IMG/VR virus record: IMGVR_UViG_3300025016_000004
From: a virus
Lineage: Duplodnaviria; Caudoviricetes
Direction: 5' to 3' (one strand)
DNA length: 64,000 nt
The notes below the pieces were generated by a model. The model saw only the letters and a list, made by a program, of their open reading frames with translations. It did not search any database and had not been told where the DNA came from. Positions 56,577-64,000 of this stretch are shown here, one piece after another. The position numbers and the translations under genes are program-made. How positions within the stretch are numbered: the stretch's first letter is position 1; each line of letters opens with the position of its first letter.

Positions 56577-57329
56577 ATGGTAGGAATTATAATAACACAA
56601 GAATTAAAAGATTTAAACATCGAATTGTTTAAAAATAACACAGTAAATAGCATCAGAATATTTTCAACAATACCTTCATCATTTTACTCAATAACATATT
56701 TTAATGGAAGTAGAACTGATGGTTATCACACATTAGATACTTCTATACATCAAGCTGATGGGTTTTATGAAGTAATAATACCAGTTTATGATAGTAGTAT
56801 AGAAAAGCTCGGTGATATATTTTTTAGTCAGAGTAGTTTTACATATCCAGTAATAAGTAAAACAGAAATTGAAATTCAAAATGAAATATTAGCAACTTCA
56901 GATGAAAATAAACAAAATTTAATTAGAATTAAAACTGAAAAACTAATAATAACAAATGCACAAACTTATGATGATACGACAGCATTAGATAATTTTGGTT
57001 TATTTCCAATGTGGAAATATCCATTTGATTACCCTTTAGCTTATAAATGTCAAGATTTTAGTGGTACAACATTAAATCTTTACAAATGTGTACAAGCACA
57101 TACAAGTCAAGCAGATTGGCGTCCAAAAGATGTTCCAGCGTTATTCACCAAAGTGGCTTATCCAGGTCAAATTCCTGTTTGGGTACAACCAACTGGAGCA
57201 CAAGACGCCTATAATATTGGGGACCGAGTATATTATCCAACTGCTAATGATAGTGTATATGAAAGTTTAATAAATGCTAACGTTTGGAGTCCAACAGGAT
57301 ATCCAGCTGGATGGCAATTAATACCGTAA
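56577..57329 (+). CDS. Tail-fibre-associated protein with C-terminal carbohydrate-binding (CBM5/12-like) modules
   Basis: LYKCVQAHTSQADWRP; WVQPTGAQDAYNIGDRV...YESLINANVWSPTGYPAGW. Confidence 0.7.
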   Translation: MVGIIITQELKDLNIELFKNNTVNSIRIFSTIPSSFYSITYFNGSRTDGYHTLDTSIHQADGFYEVIIPVYDSSIEKLGDIFFSQSSFTYPVISKTEIEIQNEILATSDENKQNLIRIKTEKLIITNAQTYDDTTALDNFGLFPMWKYPFDYPLAYKCQDFSGTTLNLYKCVQAHTSQADWRPKDVPALFTKVAYPGQIPVWVQPTGAQDAYNIGDRVYYPTANDSVYESLINANVWSPTGYPAGWQLIP

Positions 57330-57332
57330 GTT

Positions 57333-57911
57333 ATGAGTAAGAAAAAAATGTTATTAAATCCAACAATTGGAACTACTACTGATAGTTTGATGTTGTCTGC
57401 TGGCAACTTACAATTAAATCCTAATGATTTTACTGTTTATCCTTGGACTAGACCTTCAACAATAGTTACTCCAAATGTATTTGAAGGAAATACTATAAAT
57501 GACGCACATAAATTGTCAGCGAGCATAAGCACATCTCAGCATGAATTGACTTCTTCTTCATCGCCTGTAATTGTTGGAAATATTTATGAATTTGTGGTTT
57601 TTGCAAAAGCAAACGAGTATGGTTATGTATCAGTAAACTGCGGATTTACAACATTTAGTGGTTGGAAAGTTGCTTCGTTTAACCTTTTTACTGGAACAGT
57701 AAATGGGGGCAACATGTCTAATATGACTATAGAGTCAAAAGGTAACGGATGGTACAGGTGTTCTGCTAGAGCAACTTGCACAAACAGCGGAAATACATCT
57801 TTTGGCATGAAACTAAGTGACAACGCATCTCAAGATTCGCAAGGGCCATTTTTTACAGGAGATGGTATTAGCGGAATTCAAATATGGGGTGCCGAATATT
57901 TTCAAGTATAA
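57333..57911 (+). CDS. Tail/spike-associated jelly-roll (carbohydrate-binding-like) domain protein
   Basis: VVFAKANEY...ASFNLFTG...KGNGWYRCS...IQIWGAE pattern. Confidence 0.6.
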   Translation: MSKKKMLLNPTIGTTTDSLMLSAGNLQLNPNDFTVYPWTRPSTIVTPNVFEGNTINDAHKLSASISTSQHELTSSSSPVIVGNIYEFVVFAKANEYGYVSVNCGFTTFSGWKVASFNLFTGTVNGGNMSNMTIESKGNGWYRCSARATCTNSGNTSFGMKLSDNASQDSQGPFFTGDGISGIQIWGAEYFQV

Positions 57912-57913
57912 AA

Positions 57914-58072
57914 ATGAAACCAACCCTATTAAGCAACGAGAACCTATGGTGCGGTTATTTTTTAACCTATGCGCAAAAACGAGAATTGTTAAACCAAACA
58001 CCATGTACAGGAACCCCAGATTGTACATGTCCAGTAAAAGATTTATCAACAAATTGTTCTATATATAGCTAG
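57914..58072 (+). CDS. Small Cys-rich hypothetical protein (52 aa)
   Basis: ATG 57914 two nt after the upstream stop; PCTGTPDCTCP. Confidence 0.45.
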   Translation: MKPTLLSNENLWCGYFLTYAQKRELLNQTPCTGTPDCTCPVKDLSTNCSIYS

Positions 58073-58113
58073 TACGGGTGATTTAAAACAAGTAATATAA
58101 CTATTTATAATAA

Positions 58114-58530
58114 ATGATAGACGCTAGACACTTAAGACCTAATTTAACACCATCAAAATTGTTAGATTTACCCCAACATTTTGGTTGGGGTTTAAGTGCT
58201 TTTGATATGACACCAACGTCTGGGTTTGTTGAAACAGATATAATACCAAATAGATTTACATGTTCTGAAGTTAGAATATCGTTAACAAGTGGTGATACTA
58301 GCAGTATCGTTAGTGTTGATATTTATAGAAATGGAACTTCAATATTTGAAGTTCCAGTATCAATTGATATATCAGGCACAACAAGTGTTGGTTCGACAGC
58401 ACCATACCTTTTTAATCTTAGTGCGTCAACTTTTAATTTTTTAGAGAATGATAGAATATATTTTTATGTATCAGGGGCAACTAATTGCTTAGGCTTAAAA
58501 GTTAAATTAATTGGTAATAGAATAATATAA
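58114..58530 (+). CDS. Tail-associated protein, paralog 1
   Basis: 138 aa; VSVDIYRNGTSIF; full-length homolog of 58534-58956. Confidence 0.75.
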   Translation: MIDARHLRPNLTPSKLLDLPQHFGWGLSAFDMTPTSGFVETDIIPNRFTCSEVRISLTSGDTSSIVSVDIYRNGTSIFEVPVSIDISGTTSVGSTAPYLFNLSASTFNFLENDRIYFYVSGATNCLGLKVKLIGNRII

Positions 58531-58533
58531 ATA

Positions 58534-58956
58534 ATGATAGATAGTAAACATTTAAAACCGAATATACCTTCATCTAAATTCATTGAAATGCCCCAAGAAT
58601 TTGGATGGGCGTTATCGTCTGCATTTGGGGTACCTACATCTGGGTTAACCGTTTCAGATAGGTTACCAAATGGTTTTGAATGTTCTGAAATAAAATTAAC
58701 ATTAACTAGCGGTGATACCAGTGGTATAGTATCAGTTGATATCCATAAAAATGGAACTTCTATATTTGAAGTTCCAGTATCAATTGATGTATCAGGTACA
58801 ACTAGCGTTGGAGCAACCACACCATTTTTATTTACAAGTAGTGCAACTACTACAACCTTTTTAGATAATAATGAAGTTAAATTTTATGTTAGTGGTGCAA
58901 CAGATTGTTTAGGGTTAAAGGTTAGAATGATTGGTAATAAAATAATAAATGGCTAA
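58534..58956 (+). CDS. Tail-associated protein, paralog 2
   Basis: 140 aa; VSVDIHKNGTSIFEVPVSID; full-length homolog of 58114-58530. Confidence 0.75.
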   Translation: MIDSKHLKPNIPSSKFIEMPQEFGWALSSAFGVPTSGLTVSDRLPNGFECSEIKLTLTSGDTSGIVSVDIHKNGTSIFEVPVSIDVSGTTSVGATTPFLFTSSATTTTFLDNNEVKFYVSGATDCLGLKVRMIGNKIING

Positions 58957-58972
58957 GTAGATAAGTATAAAG

Positions 58973-59932
58973 ATGAGTTTAATAATAAATACATACAAGA
59001 GTTTTCCAAAAAATATTAACATTAATATTAATATTAATATTGATACCTTGTCATTGATTTATACCATTGAAATTGTGGGAGTTGTAATTTATTCAAACCC
59101 AAATGTAGATGTAAATACTTTAGAATTAACATATACAGCTTTAGACGCAACCGTTATTATCAATACAACAGTATTGATTGATACATTAGAATTAATATAT
59201 TCTGTTGAAACAGTTGAAACAGTTGTAGTAATTACAGACCCAATACAAATGATTTCTGGGTTGATAGTTGATTTGAATAGTGCAAATATACTTAATGCTT
59301 CAGGTGATACAGCAACTGAAGGTCAAGAAATATACAATTGGGTTAATGCGGTAAATGATAATGGTGTGACAGGTGCAACTCAATATAGAACTGGTAGATA
59401 CCCAATTATGCAAACAGTTAATGGTAATAAAGAAGTTAAATTTAATGGTAGCACTACTTTTTTAGAATTTGAAGTTGTACCCGATTTACATTTTGAAACT
59501 ACCGATAGTTGGACTGTGTTATTTTTATTGGGTAGTGTAGTTGGTAATGGACCAATGTACCATAAAGGTGGTTCTGGTAACAGGCATATAGGAATATTTA
59601 ATTTTAGTGTGTTTACATCATATACTTATCATCAATCAAATCAGCTAACCTCTAATTTATTAGCTAATGAGGTTGGTGCAGTTGACCATAATGGTGGTAC
59701 AAGGCAAATGCGTATTTTTAGGGAGAATGTAACTGAATTAGATTATACAAATCTTAGTACTGTAACAAATACGCAAAATACCTTAATTGGTTGTAGACAA
59801 AATAATAGTGCTGATAACACTTCTTGGGCATTCTTTTATGGAGGTTCAATTAGAAGATTGTTAGTTTTTAATAGAGTGTTAACACCTGAAGAGAGAACAA
59901 CCATATATAACGAATTAAAGGGCAGTTTATAG
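58973..59932 (+). CDS. Tail protein with C-terminal LamG/concanavalin A-like domain
   Basis: N-terminal ININININ and three [IV][DN]TLxLxY repeats; C-terminal VKFNGS...LIGCR...GSIRRLLVFNRVLTPEE. Confidence 0.7.
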   Translation: MSLIINTYKSFPKNININININIDTLSLIYTIEIVGVVIYSNPNVDVNTLELTYTALDATVIINTTVLIDTLELIYSVETVETVVVITDPIQMISGLIVDLNSANILNASGDTATEGQEIYNWVNAVNDNGVTGATQYRTGRYPIMQTVNGNKEVKFNGSTTFLEFEVVPDLHFETTDSWTVLFLLGSVVGNGPMYHKGGSGNRHIGIFNFSVFTSYTYHQSNQLTSNLLANEVGAVDHNGGTRQMRIFRENVTELDYTNLSTVTNTQNTLIGCRQNNSADNTSWAFFYGGSIRRLLVFNRVLTPEERTTIYNELKGSL

Positions 59933-60031
59933 TAAAGTATTATCAGCTTCTGAAATAACTGATATTATAAATACTCATAGGGTAAATTAAAACATAGATT
60001 GGTAAACTAAACATTTACTTTACCTATTTAT

Positions 60032-60082
60032 AAAACGGAGCATAAAACCCATTCATCGCTTTAGCGTGGATGGGCAGTTCAC
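60032..60082 (+). mobile_element. 51-bp single-hairpin miniature derivative of the IS605-type element
   Basis: TTTAT plus AAAACGGAGCATAAAACCCA is identical to 3640-3664; ends GTGGATGGGCAGTTCAC (16/17 match to 3952-3968). Confidence 0.8.
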
Positions 60083-60113
60083 AATGTATAATAAATAAAT
60101 AAATAAAACGAAA

Positions 60114-60539
60114 ATGGCAAATGCAATTTACAACTCTTTTAAGAGAGACATCCAAAATGGAACTATCAATTTAACAGCTGATACCATTAATGTGATGTTA
60201 GTTACGAGTACTTACACTCCTAACATTGATACGCACACAAAGCGTTCAGATATAACAAACGAAGTTTCAGGTTCTGGATATACTTCTGGCGGTACTTCTT
60301 TAGTAACAACTGTAGTTAGTGCTGACACAACAAATGACAAAGGTGTTTTTGATGCCGATGACGTTTCTTGGACAGGCTCAACAATTACAGCAAGAGGTGC
60401 AGTTCTTTACAAATCTAGAGGTGGCGCAGCATCAGATGATGAATTAATCGCTTATTTAGATTTTGTAACGGATAAGGTATCAAGCGGTGGTAATTTTAAT
60501 CTAGTATTTAACGTTAATGGTATATTGACTCTGGCGTAA
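60114..60539 (+). CDS. Putative virion structural protein
   Basis: 141 aa; MANAIYNSFK...SGYTSGG...ITARGAVLY...LIAYLDF. Confidence 0.7.
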   Translation: MANAIYNSFKRDIQNGTINLTADTINVMLVTSTYTPNIDTHTKRSDITNEVSGSGYTSGGTSLVTTVVSADTTNDKGVFDADDVSWTGSTITARGAVLYKSRGGAASDDELIAYLDFVTDKVSSGGNFNLVFNVNGILTLA

Positions 60540-60570
60540 ATAATAAATGTTGTTATTATTTAATAACGTA

Positions 60571-60577
60571 TATTTAT
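60571..60577 (+). promoter_or_regulatory. TATTTAT putative late-promoter motif
   Basis: 12 nt upstream of ATG 60590. Confidence 0.5.
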
Positions 60578-60589
60578 AAATAAAGGAAT

Positions 60590-60850
60590 ATGCCAATATT
60601 ATTAAAGAAAATAGATGGAAGTATACTATCATTAATTGGGCCTGATGGTGCTGATTACATAGGTAGTGTAATATTCATACAAAGTATTGTAGGTGAACTT
60701 GGTGTAGAAGATTACATCAAATTAACAGCATTGGAAGCTCTAACACAAGACTTTGGAAGTGTTGGCGATGCTGAATATTATGAAACAACACCAGTTTTAT
60801 TTGGTCCTAACACATGCTCTAGTTATACAAATTTAAATTTATCGTTTTAA
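60590..60850 (+). CDS. Hypothetical protein
   Basis: 86 aa; stop overlaps the next ATG. Confidence 0.6.
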   Translation: MPILLKKIDGSILSLIGPDGADYIGSVIFIQSIVGELGVEDYIKLTALEALTQDFGSVGDAEYYETTPVLFGPNTCSSYTNLNLSF

Positions 60851-62316
60851 TGAGATATCAAGAAAGAACATATATACAAACACCAATCAGTTGCGTTAGA
60901 AATAAGGTAATCAATATTGTTAGCATGAGTTCAGATTTATGTGAATTCAATGAACCCACATATGTAATGACTGGTGCTACAAATATATTTAGTGCTGATA
61001 CGAGTGGTAATACAATTATGATAACAGGTGCTACAAGCTCTGATGATTATATTCATATTATTGATAGTGGAACCACATTTGATTTATCATTCGCATTTAC
61101 TGGCAATGTGGAAACTTTCATTAATACTGATGCTTCATTTAAATATAACATTTATCGTTATACCCCAAATACTAACGTATTTACAACGCCAGCAATTTTT
61201 TCATCTGGCCCTATTGAGTGGTCAACCTTTAGCGCATCAACTGGGTTTACTGATAGTTTATTAGAAAGTGAATTTGTTGTTGATGGTCAATATATAATAA
61301 AAGGTAGTTACGAATTTACGTCTTGCACTGATTATTTATTTGAATTAGGTGATACCAAAGATACAACTTTACCATTGGTTGGGGATTATTATAATATATA
61401 TAACTCTAATTTTGATAATTATTTTGCTTTAATAAGCAAAGCTATAAAACCAATTTTTAGTTCAACCCCAACAGACCCAACTAGTATAGGTACGTTAATT
61501 GTTGAATCAACAATATTTGATGGTGTTGATGTACCCGTAGTTGATGAAGTAACCACGGAAAATACATGGGTTGGAAATGTAATAGTGTCATTAAATGGTA
61601 TTACATTAGCTGAAGATGAAGATTTTACTACCGTAGACGACACAATATTTTTTGGGGCACCGATAAGTTTAGATGACGTAGTAACTGTAGCGTATGTTAA
61701 TAGTGGAACTGGCAATGGCCTTACTTCTGAATCATTTATTGTAACAGCACCAATAGCTTCGGGTGCAACCGATGGTGAGGGTACTAATATATATTATTAC
61801 AATACTGACATAAATAAAATTGAGATTTATATGTTAACGGAACCAGTAATTTTTAATGATGTTATAGTAACACTTAACGGTGTTACATTAGCTAATGGAG
61901 TTGACTATTATCAATCAACGGCAAACCCTAAGAGGATAATACTTAATGGTCTTATATACGATACGGATGTAATGACTATTTCATATAATGCATATGCTGG
62001 TATTTCTGGAATTATTTATACTAACATTTTTGATATCTACTGGGGTGTAGACCCAGCACCAATAAATATCAATGGGTTATTTACCGCTTTGGTAGCAACT
62101 GACAATTCATTTTCTGCTGGAACTGTAGTATATAGTGCGACAACACCTTATGTTGCAAATGAGAGTACGTATTCAGTTAATATTAATTTAAGTGGTTATA
62201 CTGGAACAACAGTGGTATATAAAGTAATAAACCAAAAAGACTTTACATTAATCAACGGTGATGTAATTTCAACAATAACAGATAGTGATATTATACCAAT
62301 AACACTTCAATTATAA
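60850..62316 (+). CDS. Putative tail/baseplate structural protein
   Basis: 488 aa; repeated VxLNGxTLAxxxD...D[DV]xxTxxY Ig-like units. Confidence 0.7.
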   Translation: MRYQERTYIQTPISCVRNKVINIVSMSSDLCEFNEPTYVMTGATNIFSADTSGNTIMITGATSSDDYIHIIDSGTTFDLSFAFTGNVETFINTDASFKYNIYRYTPNTNVFTTPAIFSSGPIEWSTFSASTGFTDSLLESEFVVDGQYIIKGSYEFTSCTDYLFELGDTKDTTLPLVGDYYNIYNSNFDNYFALISKAIKPIFSSTPTDPTSIGTLIVESTIFDGVDVPVVDEVTTENTWVGNVIVSLNGITLAEDEDFTTVDDTIFFGAPISLDDVVTVAYVNSGTGNGLTSESFIVTAPIASGATDGEGTNIYYYNTDINKIEIYMLTEPVIFNDVIVTLNGVTLANGVDYYQSTANPKRIILNGLIYDTDVMTISYNAYAGISGIIYTNIFDIYWGVDPAPININGLFTALVATDNSFSAGTVVYSATTPYVANESTYSVNINLSGYTGTTVVYKVINQKDFTLINGDVISTITDSDIIPITLQL

Positions 62317-62382
62317 AAAAAATAAAATAATTTATTGATTTATTTATATTTATAAGTAAGATACATATACAACAGAAACGTT

Positions 62383-64000
62383 ATGAGTTATATAATTAAA
62401 AGTACATCACCCTTTGCTAGTACAAAGTTAACCGAAACAGGTAGAGAAAAAATTGCCAGAGGACAATTAAATTTCACTAGTTGGTCTATTGGTGACTCTG
62501 AAATTAATTATGTTAGAGAAGGAGAAATTCAAGATGCAGTTATAACTGGCACTACCAGTAAAATACTAAGACCTAAAGATAAACAGCCTAATTTAAAATA
62601 TTTTATTAGTAATTCTTCAGGTACAGCCGCATTTAATTTTGGTTCTGGCGATATTAGATGTATAAAAGCTACAGTGAATAATCAAGCCGCTGAAAGAGGA
62701 TTTTTTAGTGGTACTTCGTTATATGACTATACAGCAATTACAGGTGAAACTATGTCAAATTATATTAGACTAGTTAGAGAATTACCAGCTACCACACTTG
62801 CTGGTGGTACTACATTAAATCTTGGAGCTTCTGATGCCGCTGTAGGTGATGTAATATTATTAAAAATAGGTTATTCTGATTTAACCAACGTAACCCCAAC
62901 GGCACATTTATGGTTTAAAGTTCAAGCGACTGGTGCTACATCAGTAACAGTAGATAGAGTATTACCTACAATAGGTAGTGATGCAACAATGGCCATTGTT
63001 TATAAAGGTGGTGAATTAGATACTTTAGAAGCCCCACAAATTGCTTATTGGGATACAGGTACATTATCATTTGATGCTTCAGGTTGTACAACAACAATGA
63101 TTGATGTCCCAATTTGGAATATGAACATTCCTTTTGCTGAAAATATTCTTGGAACACCAACAACTGGAACAACTGAAGAATTTAATCGTTATGGTTCATA
63201 TGATTTAATGGGTGAAAAAAATAATTATTTATATCCATCAACAGATGCTTTCCTTAAATCAGTTGCAATTATACATTATTCAAATAAAACAATTTCAAAC
63301 CTATATGGTGAGTTTTTACATATAGATGGTATAACAAAAAGCGTTAAATTACATTTACCTACTTTGATGTATCATAGAAGAGATGTATTTACTGGAACTA
63401 CAGGTGGTGAAATGGGAATGACATTTATTGCTAGTGGTACTTCAGTATCAGTAGGTTCTAATGGTTTATCATATGTTCCATTAATAGAAGATGCGACTTA
63501 TGTCACTGGCAGTACAGTAACTTCAGTTGGTAGAGTTTATCCAGATTTAAAAATAGTTGTTATAGACAACCCAGAAGTAGTTGCAGCAATTTCGTACAAA
63601 TCAAATAGAAATTGGACGTTACCAGCGTTAAATTTAGCACTTACAAACGCAACATCAGGACCAACCAATGGTTTATTACCTGTTAATTCAACAATATATG
63701 TTACATATGCAGTAGATAATGAAAGTGGAAGTGGAATAACTCCAGCATTACCAAGTCAAAATTTTGCAACAATAACAAATACAACTACATCATCTAAAGA
63801 CGTATCATTTAATATTGAAGCTACTGATTTATTTCCTTATATGCAAAGTGGTACAACAAGTGGTGGTTTTTATGCTGATACATTTAAAGTGATATATCAA
63901 ATAACTACCGATGGTGCTAGACCTACATCTGGTAATTGGAAAGTGTTGGATTATACCACATCAGTTGTTGCTGGTGGTGGAATTATGAATCCAGCTGATT
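62383..64000 (+). CDS. Putative baseplate/tail structural protein (partial, runs off window end)
   Basis: Not in track; begins MSYIIKSTSPFASTKLTETGREKIARG...SIGDSEINY; no stop found on manual reading. Confidence 0.8.
   Translation, partial: MSYIIKSTSPFASTKLTETGREKIARGQLNFTSWSIGDSEINYVREGEIQDAVITGTTSKILRPKDKQPNLKYFISNSSGTAAFNFGSGDIRCIKATVNNQAAERGFFSGTSLYDYTAITGETMSNYIRLVRELPATTLAGGTTLNLGASDAAVGDVILLKIGYSDLTNVTPTAHLWFKVQATGATSVTVDRVLPTIGSDATMAIVYKGGELDTLEAPQIAYWDTGTLSFDASGCTTTMIDVPIWNMNIPFAENILGTPTTGTTEEFNRYGSYDLMGEKNNYLYPSTDAFLKSVAIIHYSNKTISNLYGEFLHIDGITKSVKLHLPTLMYHRRDVFTGTTGGEMGMTFIASGTSVSVGSNGLSYVPLIEDATYVTGSTVTSVGRVYPDLKIVVIDNPEVVAAISYKSNRNWTLPALNLALTNATSGPTNGLLPVNSTIYVTYAVDNESGSGITPALPSQNFATITNTTTSSKDVSFNIEATDLFPYMQSGTTSGGFYADTFKVIYQITTDGARPTSGNWKVLDYTTSVVAGGGIMNPAD

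Noticed and set aside
58998-59045. ATTAAT microsatellite as a phase-variable switch
   Set aside because: The 6-bp unit preserves frame (ININININ), so it changes linker length only.
53088-59932. Diversity-generating retroelement acting on tail fibres
   Set aside because: No reverse transcriptase in the window, and repeat or paralog differences do not appear confined to adenines. A remote DGR cannot be excluded.
3211-63172. Numerous short minus-strand and alternate-frame ORFs in the track (for example 3735-3968, 4235-4615, 13078-13533, 35616-36128, 36859-37233, 58464-58820)
   Set aside because: They are shadows of long + strand genes or of the IS element, with no motifs or initiation context.
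1-64000. Alternative genetic code (TAG/TGA recoding seen in some large Bacteroidota phages)
   Set aside because: Long genes are intact under code 11, and TAG ends the tail tube gene at its expected C-terminus.
747-64000. Bacterial chromosomal contractile injection system, tailocin or prophage
   Set aside because: T4-like replication genes and homing nucleases are interleaved, and no integrase or cellular housekeeping genes were seen.
1-64000. tRNA or rRNA genes
   Set aside because: No intergenic segment showed a cloverleaf or T-loop GTTC pattern in a tRNA context. A tRNAscan-SE run would be decisive.

Overview
This is a 64-kb segment of a strongly AT-rich, large lytic myophage with T4-like modules, translated in the standard bacterial code. 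Almost all genes are on the + strand. Gene order: tail tube, tail-assembly chaperones, tape measure and baseplate hub (0.7-17 kb); a replication and nucleotide module of SSB, RecA-like, 5'-3' exonuclease, DnaB-like helicase and class II ribonucleotide reductase NrdJ (19-33 kb); then baseplate wedge and many tail, fibre and receptor-binding proteins (33-64 kb). TTTG-N20-TAnnTTTG-type promoters, A-rich leaders generally lacking Shine-Dalgarno sequences and SprB-like repeats suggest a Bacteroidota host (inference). Main observations: (1) dnaB and nrdJ are adjacent fractured genes. Each carries one contiguous intein (class 3 in DnaB, Ser1 in NrdJ) plus one naturally split intein whose halves flank a free-standing Vsr-like endonuclease, so two trans-splicing pairs must stay orthogonal. 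(2) A 324-bp ORF-less IS200/IS605-type element keeps its left end, promoter, TnpB omegaRNA-like scaffold and right end, and a 51-bp single-hairpin relative lies 56 kb away; both sit next to TTTAT. (3) A probable +1/-2 programmed frameshift in the tail chaperone genes. (4) A positionally conserved TATTTAT putative late-promoter motif, also used by the selfish nucleases. (5) Six free-standing putative endonuclease loci, one split at an A9 run. (6) A modular His-rich tail fibre. I saw no tRNA, rRNA or CRISPR array. Family assignments come from motif recognition only; no database searches were run. The ORF track mislabels 33305..34930 as + (it is on the - strand) and misses 1..670 (-), 18301..18477 and 62383..64000.
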